The notes beneath the pieces were generated by a model, which ran no database searches, was not told the origin of the DNA, and was given only the letters and a program-made list of their open reading frames with translations. Both the position numbers and the translations under genes were made by a program. Of a DNA stretch of 61,310 bases, positions 9,308-18,525 are shown piece after piece (position 1 is the first letter of the stretch; each line of letters opens with the position of its first letter). The DNA comes from a virus (lineage: Duplodnaviria > Caudoviricetes), in the IMG/VR virus record IMGVR_UViG_3300009506_001467, positions 1 through 61,310 of that record, one strand, 5' to 3'.

Positions 9308-9319
9308 ACAGGAGACGAC

Positions 9320-9796
9320 ATGAGTCAAGTGCAGAGTCCTCTATGGTCACAACCAACAGGCTGGGCGAATCCGCAGACTGTGAGGGCGTCCGCAGCTCTG
9401 CCAGCAGCAGGAGCGTGGGACACACCCACAGAGCTCAAGTGTGCATATGCACACGTTCTACATCTCCACTTCACCTACACCCGCGGTGGTGTGGGCGGTG
9501 CGTTTGACTGGATGATCGAGCTCTCGCCTTTTTCCGTCGCTGCTCTCGCTCCTGCTGGCGCACAAGAGTGGAACCGCCAGCCGATCTATGCTGCTGGCGC
9601 AGTAGTCCCCGGCGCAGACACGCAGAGCGATCTTGCCACCGAGTACTACACCTACCAAGCTCAAGGCGCAACAGCCGAGGACTTTGTTGTTGACGTACCG
9701 CTCTCTGGAAACGTCGAGCGGTACCGGGTCACTGCTCGAGAGTCGGGGGCTGTCGGCACGCCCGGAACCCTCGCAGTAGTAGGAGAGCTCTCATGA
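9320..9796 (+). CDS. Putative virion structural protein
   Basis: AGGAG RBS; beta-rich, Ala/Gly/Thr-rich; in the head module. Confidence 0.55.
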   Translation: MSQVQSPLWSQPTGWANPQTVRASAALPAAGAWDTPTELKCAYAHVLHLHFTYTRGGVGGAFDWMIELSPFSVAALAPAGAQEWNRQPIYAAGAVVPGADTQSDLATEYYTYQAQGATAEDFVVDVPLSGNVERYRVTARESGAVGTPGTLAVVGELS

Positions 9797-10182
9797 AAAA
9801 GACATCCTCGGTAGTCAACCAGTCCCCGGCTGCTGCCGGTGGCGTACTGCTTGGAGATCTCCCCGCTACAGCCGGGACGTTCGAGTATGATGAGACAAGT
9901 GCGCTTGAGCAGACCTTGCTCGACCAGACGATCGCTGCGCCCGTGCGCATCGGCTCGATCTGGCTCGATATGACCAACGTCACCCAGAACACGACGATCA
10001 GCCTATACCACAAGGTCGATGGAACGAACTACCGAAAGTTCCAAGAGAACACCTGGACCTTTGGCGTAGACGACCCCGGCGTGCTGGTCGACCAGTTCAC
10101 GGCGTACAGCGACGTCAAGATCACCCTACAGTGCGGCGGTGGTGGGGCGGGCGACGTCGATGTCCCATATGCGGTGGTGTAG
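9793..10182 (+). CDS. Putative virion structural protein
   Basis: ATGA overlap with the previous gene; beta-rich composition. Confidence 0.55.
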   Translation: MKKTSSVVNQSPAAAGGVLLGDLPATAGTFEYDETSALEQTLLDQTIAAPVRIGSIWLDMTNVTQNTTISLYHKVDGTNYRKFQENTWTFGVDDPGVLVDQFTAYSDVKITLQCGGGGAGDVDVPYAVV

Positions 10183-10184
10183 AC

Positions 10185-10745
10185 ATGCCAAGATTCAACC
10201 AGACTTCCACAGAGCTGCTTGACCGTAAGGCAATCGAGGGTCTGTCCGGCGTCGAGGATAGCCTTGGCTACGAGGTCGAGGAGATCGAGCACCACCTACA
10301 CGGTCGGGGGCGCTTTTGGGGATCGAATGGAGCAGCCACAGAGACAAACGCGATCGAGGCAAACGTGGACACGCCGTTTGTCGCCACGTCCGGCAACGAT
10401 ACGTGGGGAACCGCAATCCCGATCTGTGGGACAGCAGACGACCCGACCGACTCTCTCGGTACAAAGTTTGACCCGCACCGCATCCTGGTCACAGACACGG
10501 ACCACACGACCCCTTACCGCATCCGTCTGATCTACGGTACCGGGACGAGTGGCGAGGCCATCGCCGCAGGGCAGTGGTCTGAGGAGATGTTCATCACGAG
10601 CGGCGGGCCGTTTCTGTCAGGCTCGCCTGTAGACTTTATTATGCGGCGCGTGGATGTGGGCTCAAAGCTCTGGGTTCAAGTGTGGAACGCAACGAACGGC
10701 TCAACCGTCTCCTTTTTCTGGGGCGGTCACCCATACGCAGGATAG
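10185..10745 (+). CDS. Putative virion structural protein
   Basis: ATG 10185 immediately after the previous stop; beta-rich composition. Confidence 0.55.
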   Translation: MPRFNQTSTELLDRKAIEGLSGVEDSLGYEVEEIEHHLHGRGRFWGSNGAATETNAIEANVDTPFVATSGNDTWGTAIPICGTADDPTDSLGTKFDPHRILVTDTDHTTPYRIRLIYGTGTSGEAIAAGQWSEEMFITSGGPFLSGSPVDFIMRRVDVGSKLWVQVWNATNGSTVSFFWGGHPYAG

Positions 10746-10749
10746 ACCT

Positions 10750-12537
10750 ATGCCCTGGAACGCGAGCGATGCTACCAAGTTCACGAAAAAGGCCCGCACT
10801 CGCAAACAAAAGCGAGACTGGGCAGCAGCAGCCAACAGAGTGCTCAAGAGCTGCCTAGCAAGCGGGGGCTCAAGCAAAGAGTGCGAGAGCAAAGCGATCC
10901 GCACTGCCAACTCTACATTGGAGGAAACAATGCCAGCACTGCAAGAGGCAGACACAAAAAAGATCGGCAATCGCACACACGATCGCGGGGACTTTCTCAT
11001 TGTTGAGGACCCAGACTCGATCTCCACCTGGCACTTGCCCGTCAAGGTTAGGGGCAAACCAAACAGAGCTCTCGCTGGTGCAGCGTGGGCCGCTCTGTTC
11101 TCTGCTGGTGGCTTTCGCGGCAAAAAGTACAGTGGTCCAGATCCAGCAGGAGCAAAGCGCAAGCTCAAAGCTCTGTACAAGGCACAGGACTGGGATCTGC
11201 CGACGACCGAGGCAGAGGTCGAGGAGATGCTCGCAGAGCTTGAGCTCGAGCTCTCAGAGTATGAGGGCTATCTCTACCCCGATCGCTACTCGTGGTCGGC
11301 AACGTCCTTTGCCCAACTCGATGCGGAGGAGGAAGCAGCCGAGCGAGTTGAGAACGTACAGGAGCGCATGGCCCAGCTCTGGATGCTGTTCGGCAACGTG
11401 CTGCACAGCCCAGAGATCACAGACAAGAGCACTGCTCTGCGCTCGATCTTTGATGAGTTTCTAGAGGTTGCCGGGTTTGCTCTCTCGGGCAACGAGCAGC
11501 CCAGCGAGCCGATGGAGGAGCATGCCGCACTGCTCTCTCTCTCAGAGCTCGATTCCGCAGAGCTCGCAGAGCTTGACGTGAGCTCTCGATCTCCGCGCCG
11601 TCTGCCTGTGCTCGTGGACTTTTCGATCATCAAGCCGGGCTTCGGCAACAAGAGAGACAAACGCTACTACTCGGAGGCAGTGCTCTCTAGAGATGGGCAA
11701 GTGTTCTCAGGAGTCGATGTCTTTGCGACCAACCATCTCGAGGAGGAAAAGAGCGAGCGCACAAAGGTCGGCAAAGTGCGCTCTGTGCGCGGTCTCACCG
11801 AGAGTGGTCTTGTTGGACAGTTCTTGATCTACGACCCGGACATGGCAGAAAAGACCCGCAACCGCGCCGATGCTGGCGAGCTCTCTACACTAGAGTGCTC
11901 GATCTATGCGACGGGCATGGGGCGTGAGGGCACCATTGAGGGTCGTGAGGCTTTCATAGTGGAACAGATCACCTCGGCGGCGAGCGTTGATCTGGTGTCA
12001 AAAGCAGGAGCGGGAGGGCATGCTCTATCCCTCTCTGAGATGGAAGGAGAAACGAACATGACAGGCAAGACCAAGGAACCCATTGTGGAGGGGGAACAGG
12101 AGGAAGTACAGATCGAGGAACAGGACGCAGAGACACCCGATGCTCAGGCCGACGCACAGGACGAGCCGGAAACACAGGCAGACGACGTGCAGGACGAGCA
12201 GCAGACCGAAGGAGAAGAGGAAGCGGCAGAGAGCGCCGATCTGTTCACAAGTGAGCAGATCAAGGACGTGCTCGATGAGACTGACCTCTCGCCCGAGGCG
12301 CAAACCTGGATCAAGCGTGGGACGTATGCAAGCAAGGAGGAGCTGGACCAAGCGATCGCAGAGATGAAAGCCCTACTCCTGTCTCAAGGCGGTGGTGCTG
12401 GTCGCCCGTTTGGTCTGGGCGAGAGTGAGACGGCTCCGAACGAGCAGCAGAGTCCCGCAGAGATCGAGGAAGGAAAGCGAGTACGGTTCAACGAGATCAT
12501 GGCGAGGGTCGATCCGTCCTACGCACAGCGCATCTAG
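10750..12537 (+). CDS. Prohead protease/scaffold fusion with a ChaB-like N-terminal extension
   Basis: IIKPGFGNK...YYSEAVL...NH...SI...SVDLVSKAGAGG protease-like core; acidic coiled-coil C-terminus; upstream of the capsid genes. Confidence 0.7.
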   Translation: MPWNASDATKFTKKARTRKQKRDWAAAANRVLKSCLASGGSSKECESKAIRTANSTLEETMPALQEADTKKIGNRTHDRGDFLIVEDPDSISTWHLPVKVRGKPNRALAGAAWAALFSAGGFRGKKYSGPDPAGAKRKLKALYKAQDWDLPTTEAEVEEMLAELELELSEYEGYLYPDRYSWSATSFAQLDAEEEAAERVENVQERMAQLWMLFGNVLHSPEITDKSTALRSIFDEFLEVAGFALSGNEQPSEPMEEHAALLSLSELDSAELAELDVSSRSPRRLPVLVDFSIIKPGFGNKRDKRYYSEAVLSRDGQVFSGVDVFATNHLEEEKSERTKVGKVRSVRGLTESGLVGQFLIYDPDMAEKTRNRADAGELSTLECSIYATGMGREGTIEGREAFIVEQITSAASVDLVSKAGAGGHALSLSEMEGETNMTGKTKEPIVEGEQEEVQIEEQDAETPDAQADAQDEPETQADDVQDEQQTEGEEEAAESADLFTSEQIKDVLDETDLSPEAQTWIKRGTYASKEELDQAIAEMKALLLSQGGGAGRPFGLGESETAPNEQQSPAEIEEGKRVRFNEIMARVDPSYAQRI

Positions 12538-12574
12538 GACGATTGTCTCGCTGTAGACACAGGAGGAAATACCA

Positions 12575-13174
12575 ATGCCGGACACATTTCGTACCGGAAC
12601 AGACTGGGAGCAGAGCTCTGGGCCGCTGATCCCTGTGGACGTTCTCGAGAGCGATGTATGGCCCATCTCGGACAACAGCCGATCGGGTACCAAGGACGAG
12701 CTCGACCCCGGTCACCACCCCGTTATCGCCATCGGTGAGCGTACCCACGCCGCACGAGGCCAGCAGCTCACGGGCGTGGTCGTCTCTGTGCTCGAGGACA
12801 GCGTTACCCCGGCCAACGATCGGATCGTGGTCAACATCGCGCCGGGTATGATCATCCGCGACTATGTGGCAAACGTCTTGACGTACAGCGGTGGCGCTGC
12901 CAACACTTTTGAGACGTCCCCGTATATGGGCCAGCCCGTCTACGTTGACGACTCGGACGATCTGGGTGAAGGCGTGACCCTCTCGCTCTCTGAGCTCAAC
13001 GAGAACGACGACGACAACCCGCTGGCGGGCTACTTGTGGTACTGCCAGGATGAGATCGCAGACAGCCTGGCGGGTGGCGCTCGCTCGAGCTCTACCTTTG
13101 ACACCTCGCTGCCCGACGAGTTCACCGAGCAGGTGTTCTGTGTTCTGCTGACCAACGCGACCAGGGACATCTAG
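12575..13174 (+). CDS. Head decoration/cement-type protein (putative)
   Basis: AGGAGG RBS; between scaffold and major capsid gene; GQPVYVD motif. Confidence 0.55.
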   Translation: MPDTFRTGTDWEQSSGPLIPVDVLESDVWPISDNSRSGTKDELDPGHHPVIAIGERTHAARGQQLTGVVVSVLEDSVTPANDRIVVNIAPGMIIRDYVANVLTYSGGAANTFETSPYMGQPVYVDDSDDLGEGVTLSLSELNENDDDNPLAGYLWYCQDEIADSLAGGARSSSTFDTSLPDEFTEQVFCVLLTNATRDI

Positions 13175-13213
13175 GCTCATCACTAGATCAGGAATAACGA
13201 TCAGGAGGAAACA

Positions 13214-14347
13214 ATGATCACACGCAAACTGCTCCGGGCGATGTGCGAGACTTGGAAAGGCGAGCTCTCGGACGCCGGAGCGACACCACAACGGCTCGCA
13301 GAGTGCCAGAGTCTCTTTGAGGACATCGATCGCAACCTGTCGGGCGTCACCCCGACCAGCACGAATAACCTGCTGCTCCAAGAGGTGATGACGAGCGCCG
13401 ACTTCAACAACGCGATCCAGACCTTTGTGAGCAGGCTCTCGATCCCAGGCTACGAGCGCAAGGTATTCGCCTTTGAGCCCCTGGTGTGGATCGATACGCT
13501 CACAAACTTTTTGACCCATGACCGCTTGCAGAACCGCGGCTCGCTCGATGACCTCGAGCTCGTGGGCGAAAAGGGCGCGGCTCGCCCAGGCTCTGTGGAC
13601 GACGCCACCAAGCGATCGTACCGGGTCTACCTCTGGCAAAAGCAGTTCGATTTTTCCTGGGAGGCGATTCGCAACGATGACCTCTCGTACTTTGAGGACA
13701 CCGCCATGCGCATGGGCGAGGCCGCGCGCCGGACCCTGGAAAAGTTCGTCTCCCGCATGTACACCAACGCAACCTCGATCGCTCGTCTCACGGGCCTGGG
13801 CGCTCTCTATGCGCAGAATGGGCGCTTGACCTCTGCTCGAGTGAGCGAGTCCCGCATGGCGTACAACCAGCGCACAGACGCACGGGCAGAGCCGATCAAC
13901 GCCAGCATGCGCTACATCGTCCATCACACCGGGCTGGCAGACACCGTTGCACAGATCTTGGCCTCTGAGCTCGTCCCAGAGCTCGCGACCAACGCGGTCA
14001 ACGTCGCCCGAAACTTTATTCCCATCGAGGACCCGTACATCACGGGCACTGCCCCCAACCTACCGTGGTACGCATTCCCAGACTATCGCGAGAACAACAT
14101 CCGACCGTTTGTTCTGGCGCGTATGTCCGGCTGGGCGGGACCGCGCATCGTGCGCAAGCGATCGGACATCGAGGCCGTGACCTCAATGCTCGGCGCTGGT
14201 GCTCCTGTTGAGCCGATGATGGGAGACTTTGAGACGGGCAACGTGGTGCTCAAGGTCATGGACGTGTTCGGCACCTATGTCGATGGGACAGAGGGTAACT
14301 GGTTTGACTTCCGGGGTGGCTACTACTCTAGTGGCACCGTCGCGTAG
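13214..14347 (+). CDS. Major capsid protein (HK97 fold, Mu gpT-like)
   Basis: 377 aa, AGGAGG RBS; TSADF, LELVGEKG and FSWEAIRNDDL...MGEAARRT motifs. Confidence 0.8.
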   Translation: MITRKLLRAMCETWKGELSDAGATPQRLAECQSLFEDIDRNLSGVTPTSTNNLLLQEVMTSADFNNAIQTFVSRLSIPGYERKVFAFEPLVWIDTLTNFLTHDRLQNRGSLDDLELVGEKGAARPGSVDDATKRSYRVYLWQKQFDFSWEAIRNDDLSYFEDTAMRMGEAARRTLEKFVSRMYTNATSIARLTGLGALYAQNGRLTSARVSESRMAYNQRTDARAEPINASMRYIVHHTGLADTVAQILASELVPELATNAVNVARNFIPIEDPYITGTAPNLPWYAFPDYRENNIRPFVLARMSGWAGPRIVRKRSDIEAVTSMLGAGAPVEPMMGDFETGNVVLKVMDVFGTYVDGTEGNWFDFRGGYYSSGTVA

Positions 14348-14399
14348 CTTGACATAACTCCGAGGCTTGCTCTCGGGGGAATGGGGAGGACTTTCTATC

Positions 14400-14810
14400 A
14401 TGGCAACAAAAGCGCAAGAACTTACAGACCGGGTCGCACAGCTCGAGGCAGCACTCGAGGCACTGGGGGCCATCATACCGAGCGAGCCCGTAGAAGATAC
14501 GGATCGCCCGGACTACATCGCCTTTGGCTCTCCGCGCCACATGGCCTTTCTGGGCATTGAGACGGTAGAGGACGTGAGCGCAGCAAAAGAGAGCGGGTAC
14601 ACCGTTCTCAAAGGACGAGAGTCCGACGTACAGTACAGGCTCGTTGATGAGATGTCCGCGGTACAGCTCATGCGACCGATGGACCCTGACAAGGCAATCC
14701 TGCTTGTACTGCGACAAAAGATCAACGCCTTTGAGTCGGGCAAGCCCCAGCCGCCCGAGAACGCTCCAAAGATCTTTTCGCCACCCGGCATGCAGCTCTA
14801 CAGACCATAA
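14400..14810 (+). CDS. Hypothetical protein
   Basis: GGAGGA RBS; directly downstream of the MCP. Confidence 0.6.
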   Translation: MATKAQELTDRVAQLEAALEALGAIIPSEPVEDTDRPDYIAFGSPRHMAFLGIETVEDVSAAKESGYTVLKGRESDVQYRLVDEMSAVQLMRPMDPDKAILLVLRQKINAFESGKPQPPENAPKIFSPPGMQLYRP

Positions 14811-14838
14811 CCCCGCATGGCGGGGAAAGGAGAAAACC

Positions 14839-15765
14839 ATGCTCGGATTTTTGCCGCTTCGCAAGCTGCCGCCCTGGTTTGGGGGGCAGTTTGGGGTGCC
14901 TGGATCATCGAGCCCGGAGGGTCTGCGTACTGCGCCGCAGGGTGTCGTCTACTACGTCGATGGATCGCACCCGGACGCAGACGATAACGCGGACGGTACC
15001 GATCCAGACTCGCCGCTCGAGACGATCCAAGAGGCCATCGACAAGAGCAACGCAACCATTGACTGGACCGCAACACCACCCTACAAGGGCATGAATTGGA
15101 TCATCGTCTCGCCGGGTGAGTACGCCGAGAACTTGACCCCGCCCTACTACTGCCGGATCGTCGGCCTGGGCCTAGCGACCGGGAACACCACAGATGTCTG
15201 TGTGGACGTGCACCCGGCGTCTGGATCGCCCCTTGCCGGGACCGGGCTCGGCGCTCACTGGTACAACATCCGGTTTACCTGTGACACCGCAGTACCCGTG
15301 ATCGACATGGGGGTCATGAACTCCTGTATCTTTCAGGACTGCGCGATCACAGATGGCAACCCGGGGCTAGCAACCGTGGGCATCGACACCACGGACGCAA
15401 ACTCGAGCTGGATCATCGGTTGTCTGTTCAAGGGCAACACCAACCCGCTCACGATCGGCATCCGCTCAACCGGGAACTTTTACTCTTGCCGGGTGATCGA
15501 TTGCGAGATCTGCGCAGTGACCACAGGTATCGATCTCTCTGGCGCAGCTCTGTGCGGCAATGCTGTGGCGAGGGGAAACTTGATCTGGGGCGGCGGTGGC
15601 GTGCTTCTCGGTACTGGGATCGATGACTCTGTTGTCGGTGACCTGCTGTGCGTACATAACTGGATCACCGCTACGGACGCGATCAACCATGCCGACGCGG
15701 CCATGACGATCGATAACCACGTCCAGAACGCGGGTGTGGGAGCGATCGAAACAGCCGGGACGTAG
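14839..15765 (+). CDS. Right-handed beta-helix (pectin lyase-like) virion protein, paralog 1
   Basis: YYVDG...DGTDPDSPLETIQEAI N-cap, VSPGEYAE, repeated Asn/Cys ladder strands. Confidence 0.7.
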   Translation: MLGFLPLRKLPPWFGGQFGVPGSSSPEGLRTAPQGVVYYVDGSHPDADDNADGTDPDSPLETIQEAIDKSNATIDWTATPPYKGMNWIIVSPGEYAENLTPPYYCRIVGLGLATGNTTDVCVDVHPASGSPLAGTGLGAHWYNIRFTCDTAVPVIDMGVMNSCIFQDCAITDGNPGLATVGIDTTDANSSWIIGCLFKGNTNPLTIGIRSTGNFYSCRVIDCEICAVTTGIDLSGAALCGNAVARGNLIWGGGGVLLGTGIDDSVVGDLLCVHNWITATDAINHADAAMTIDNHVQNAGVGAIETAGT

Positions 15766-15779
15766 ACGAGGAGGAGCCA

Positions 15780-16760
15780 ATGCCATCGAGCAACGTACAA
15801 TGGGCTCTACCCCTGATCAGGCAAAAGATCTTCTACCCCGGTCAGTTCGGTGTGCCGGGGACAGACAACGATCGTGGTCTGCGATCGGACGTCAACGGGA
15901 ATGTTCTCTACGTTGACCCGAACGCGACTGGGGTCACAGATCAGCGAGACGGGACCGATCCAGAGTGCCCCTTGCAGACGGTAGCCAAGGCGCTCACTCT
16001 CTGCCGACCCTACAAAAACGATGTGATCGCGGTCATGCCAAACGGAGCGTGGCAGTACAGCTCCGGGCTCTATCGTGCGACCCCGATCACAGAGCAGGTG
16101 ACCGTTACAGTGCCCGGAGTCAGGATCGTCGGCATCTACCCTCCGGGCTCTGTTGGCATCCCGTGGGTGCCTACTGCGAACGGTGGAGTGATGATCACTG
16201 TTGAGGCTCTCGATGTTCTGATCGAGGGCTTTGCGTTCACCTCGGGCACGTACTCGGGGGACGCGATCTACGCAGAATGGGACGGGCTCACCAAGTTCGC
16301 AGACAACCTCACCGTCCGAAACTGCGTTTTTGACGACTCTGTGGACAAAGCGATCCAGCTCGAGTATGCGTGGCTTTGCGACATCCACCACAACTGGTTC
16401 CTCGAGTGTGATGAGCATGCGATCTACCTGGACCCAGCGGGCAGTGCTGCAAAGTACGTACACATCCACGACAACATCCTCCACGATTGCGCAGTGGCGA
16501 TGGCCCTCACAGGACTAGAGGACTCGTGGATTCAGAGGAACAAGATCTACAACTCGAACGCACAGGGCGGCGCAGCCGCTACGAATGAGGGGATCTTCAC
16601 CACAGGTGGAGCGCGGAACATCGTTGAGGATAACTCATTCTCGTGCTTGCTTCCAGTGCCCGCCAATGGGGACTACAACGACCTCTGTACAGCGGCGGCA
16701 ACGGACGCCTGGATCAACAACCACTGTATCGACGGGCCGACCGTCACCAACCCGACGTAG
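15780..16760 (+). CDS. Right-handed beta-helix virion protein, paralog 2
   Basis: Shares GQFGVPG and YVD...DGTDP..PL.T with the upstream gene; VRNCVF/IHHNWF/IHDNIL/IQRNKI ladder. Confidence 0.7.
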   Translation: MPSSNVQWALPLIRQKIFYPGQFGVPGTDNDRGLRSDVNGNVLYVDPNATGVTDQRDGTDPECPLQTVAKALTLCRPYKNDVIAVMPNGAWQYSSGLYRATPITEQVTVTVPGVRIVGIYPPGSVGIPWVPTANGGVMITVEALDVLIEGFAFTSGTYSGDAIYAEWDGLTKFADNLTVRNCVFDDSVDKAIQLEYAWLCDIHHNWFLECDEHAIYLDPAGSAAKYVHIHDNILHDCAVAMALTGLEDSWIQRNKIYNSNAQGGAAATNEGIFTTGGARNIVEDNSFSCLLPVPANGDYNDLCTAAATDAWINNHCIDGPTVTNPT

Positions 16761-16771
16761 GAGAGATCAGG

Positions 16772-16957
16772 ATGCACACTAGAGAGCAGAAACTTGCAGC
16801 AGTCCTGGGTGATGCCGATCTCGCATCGTCCTTGTCTGCTGCTGGCTTTGACCTTCCGAGCAAGATCAAGGCGGCAACGGACAAAGAGCTCAAAGAGGTT
16901 GCGGGCCTGACGACCGCAGAGGTCAAAAAGGTTCGAGGACGGATCAAGAGAGCATGA
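16772..16957 (+). CDS. Small helix-hairpin-helix-like protein
   Basis: AGFD...IKAATDKELKEVAGLTTAEVKKV pattern; AGGAG RBS. Confidence 0.55.
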   Translation: MHTREQKLAAVLGDADLASSLSAAGFDLPSKIKAATDKELKEVAGLTTAEVKKVRGRIKRA

Positions 16958-16997
16958 CCACGTGCTCAGGAGGACGCTTTGCAGAGGCGTGGGAGTG

Positions 16998-17447
16998 CTA
17001 CATCAGGAGCAGTCGTGCCGCCAATTGTCGACCCTCTGGGCTGGCCTGGCGCAGACAGGTGACACCATAATGACAATATCGACACAGCGTTATCAAGTTC
17101 TCTGGATCGTCGTTGGGATTGTCGCTTGTCTCGCCGTTGATGTTGTTCTTGCGGGTGCGCTCGTCAGCACATGTTTGACAGGTCTCACGTGGCTTGTCTT
17201 GGTAAGTTCCCTCTGCTGGTGGGCGTTCGCCACAGAGCACACACAGTCCTGCGGCCTTCCGTTTTTGGGCGGTCGTGTTATGGCGATTACGGAGATACTG
17301 AGCATGTTGTCTATCGGAGCATTCCTGGCAAACTGGACGCTCTGGCAGAGGGGGACGTTTTCCACACCGCACGCACAGTCCTGCGGCTCGGTTGCGCTCC
17401 CTCCACGCCTTGACCTGGGCAGCACGTTCGGCCTTCGTTTTTGGCAT
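16998..17447 (-). CDS. Zinc-finger repeat protein with a degenerate HNH-like C-terminus, antisense to the structural operon
   Basis: Two AAGLCxxCG..P...CxxC repeats, then NINGETSDN...ENLITLCRYCH; AGGAGGT RBS and its own promoter. Confidence 0.7.
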   Translation of the reverse strand: MPKTKAERAAQVKAWRERNRAAGLCVRCGKRPPLPERPVCQECSDRQHAQYLRNRHNTTAQKRKAAGLCVLCGERPPAEGTYQDKPRETCQTCADERTRKNNINGETSDNPNDDPENLITLCRYCHYGVTCLRQASPEGRQLAARLLLM

Positions 17448-17465
17448 GATACACCTCCTGACCGT

Positions 17466-17495
17466 ATTATATACCAAAAGGTATGGGGGTGTAAA
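17466..17495 (-). promoter_or_regulatory. Promoter of the antisense zinc-finger/HNH gene
   Basis: TTTACA-18-TATAAT on the minus strand. Confidence 0.55.
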
Positions 17496-17497
17496 AT

Positions 17498-18187
17498 ATG
17501 GTAACGGCGACGAGTTGCAGTGGAGGCAGGTTTGCGGAAAGTTGGGAATTTGCTTCCTTCTGGTGCTACGGCCAATTGATCTCTGGCGCTCATGAGGGTG
17601 CGAACGCATCGCCTACACTCACAGACTCTCAAGGTCAGTTCACGACTCGGGGAGTTCGTGCGAACGTGGGCATGATCTTGTATAACCTGACTCAAGGAAC
17701 ATCTGGCGCAGTGAGTGCGGTCACACCTACCGTGCTCACTGCGGTAGGTGTGACTTGGGACACGGGCGATCTCTACCGCATCTGTTTGATCGATGGCATC
17801 GAGATCTCAACGATCGAGCACTACCTCAACGTTGCCGCGGGGGACATCATTATCGCCCTCGCAGCATCGGACCAGTGCAATTGTAATTGGGCGTCCTGGG
17901 CGCTCTCTACGGGCTCAAACGTGGGACTGCTCGCAAAGCTCAACATTATAGACGCCGCGGCCTACTACCAGTGCAAGTGCGGCCAACCTCAGTTCTCTGC
18001 TGGCGAGCGAGATCGCTACCTAAAGTGGATGAGCTCGCAGCTCGAGCAGCTCAGAGACGGGGACCTGGACATCTGCTCCGGCGCGACGGGTACGAACTTC
18101 CCGGCGATGGGCTGGGCGCAGCAAGGGCACAGCGAATTTCAGATGGCGCAGATCATCTGGAACGACATTCTCAGGAACAGCTCGTGA
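17498..18187 (+). CDS. Putative head-tail adaptor protein
   Basis: Between head and tail genes; helical C-terminal half (IEHYLNVAAGDI...YLKWMSSQLEQLRDG). Confidence 0.55.
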   Translation: MVTATSCSGGRFAESWEFASFWCYGQLISGAHEGANASPTLTDSQGQFTTRGVRANVGMILYNLTQGTSGAVSAVTPTVLTAVGVTWDTGDLYRICLIDGIEISTIEHYLNVAAGDIIIALAASDQCNCNWASWALSTGSNVGLLAKLNIIDAAAYYQCKCGQPQFSAGERDRYLKWMSSQLEQLRDGDLDICSGATGTNFPAMGWAQQGHSEFQMAQIIWNDILRNSS

Positions 18188-18525
18188 TCCACTACTTTGA
18201 CGATCTGAGAGCGATCGCGCCACATGCCCGTTTCTGAAACGGCCCACCAGTAGGATCGGGCCGATTCTCACAACAACAGAAACAGGGACCGCCGCCCCCG
18301 TTTCCCGGGGAAAATGGGTTCATACTGCTCGAGTACGTAGGGGCAGCCCCAGGCGTCAAGCACTGGCGGGGGGCACTCACTAGAGTGCTCTACCCATTCG
18401 GCAGAGCTCACACTGTAAACTATGTGGACGCTCGAGATGCGATCAAGTTCTTGACTCAGATCGTCGGCACAGGCGCGCAGCCCATATGGAGAGTCCATGA
18501 GAGTCGCCGTAAAGCGAGTGAGTAA
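18184..18525 (+). CDS. Candidate UGA-readthrough (selenocysteine) protein, 113 aa
   Basis: GTG 18184 overlaps the upstream TGA; single in-frame TGA at 18235-18237 followed by a hairpin; the frame stays open to TAA 18525, overlapping the next gene. Confidence 0.6.
18236..18267 (+). promoter_or_regulatory. SECIS-like stem-loop
   Basis: CGGCCC (18240-45) pairs with GGGCCG (18258-63), extended by GAA/TTC, starting 2 nt after the UGA. Confidence 0.5.

Noticed and set aside
12497-13927. 476-aa minus-strand ORF
   Set aside because: Antisense shadow of the decoration and major capsid genes; no RBS or motif
14349-14380. Promoter after the major capsid gene
   Set aside because: TTGACA is present but there is no -10 at a suitable distance; the adjacent hairpin is more likely an mRNA stability or termination element
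16962-17504. 180-aa hydrophobic plus-strand ORF
   Set aside because: The opposite strand has a motif-bearing gene with its own RBS and promoter, so this is probably a shadow ORF, though an AGGAGG nearby means it is not fully excluded
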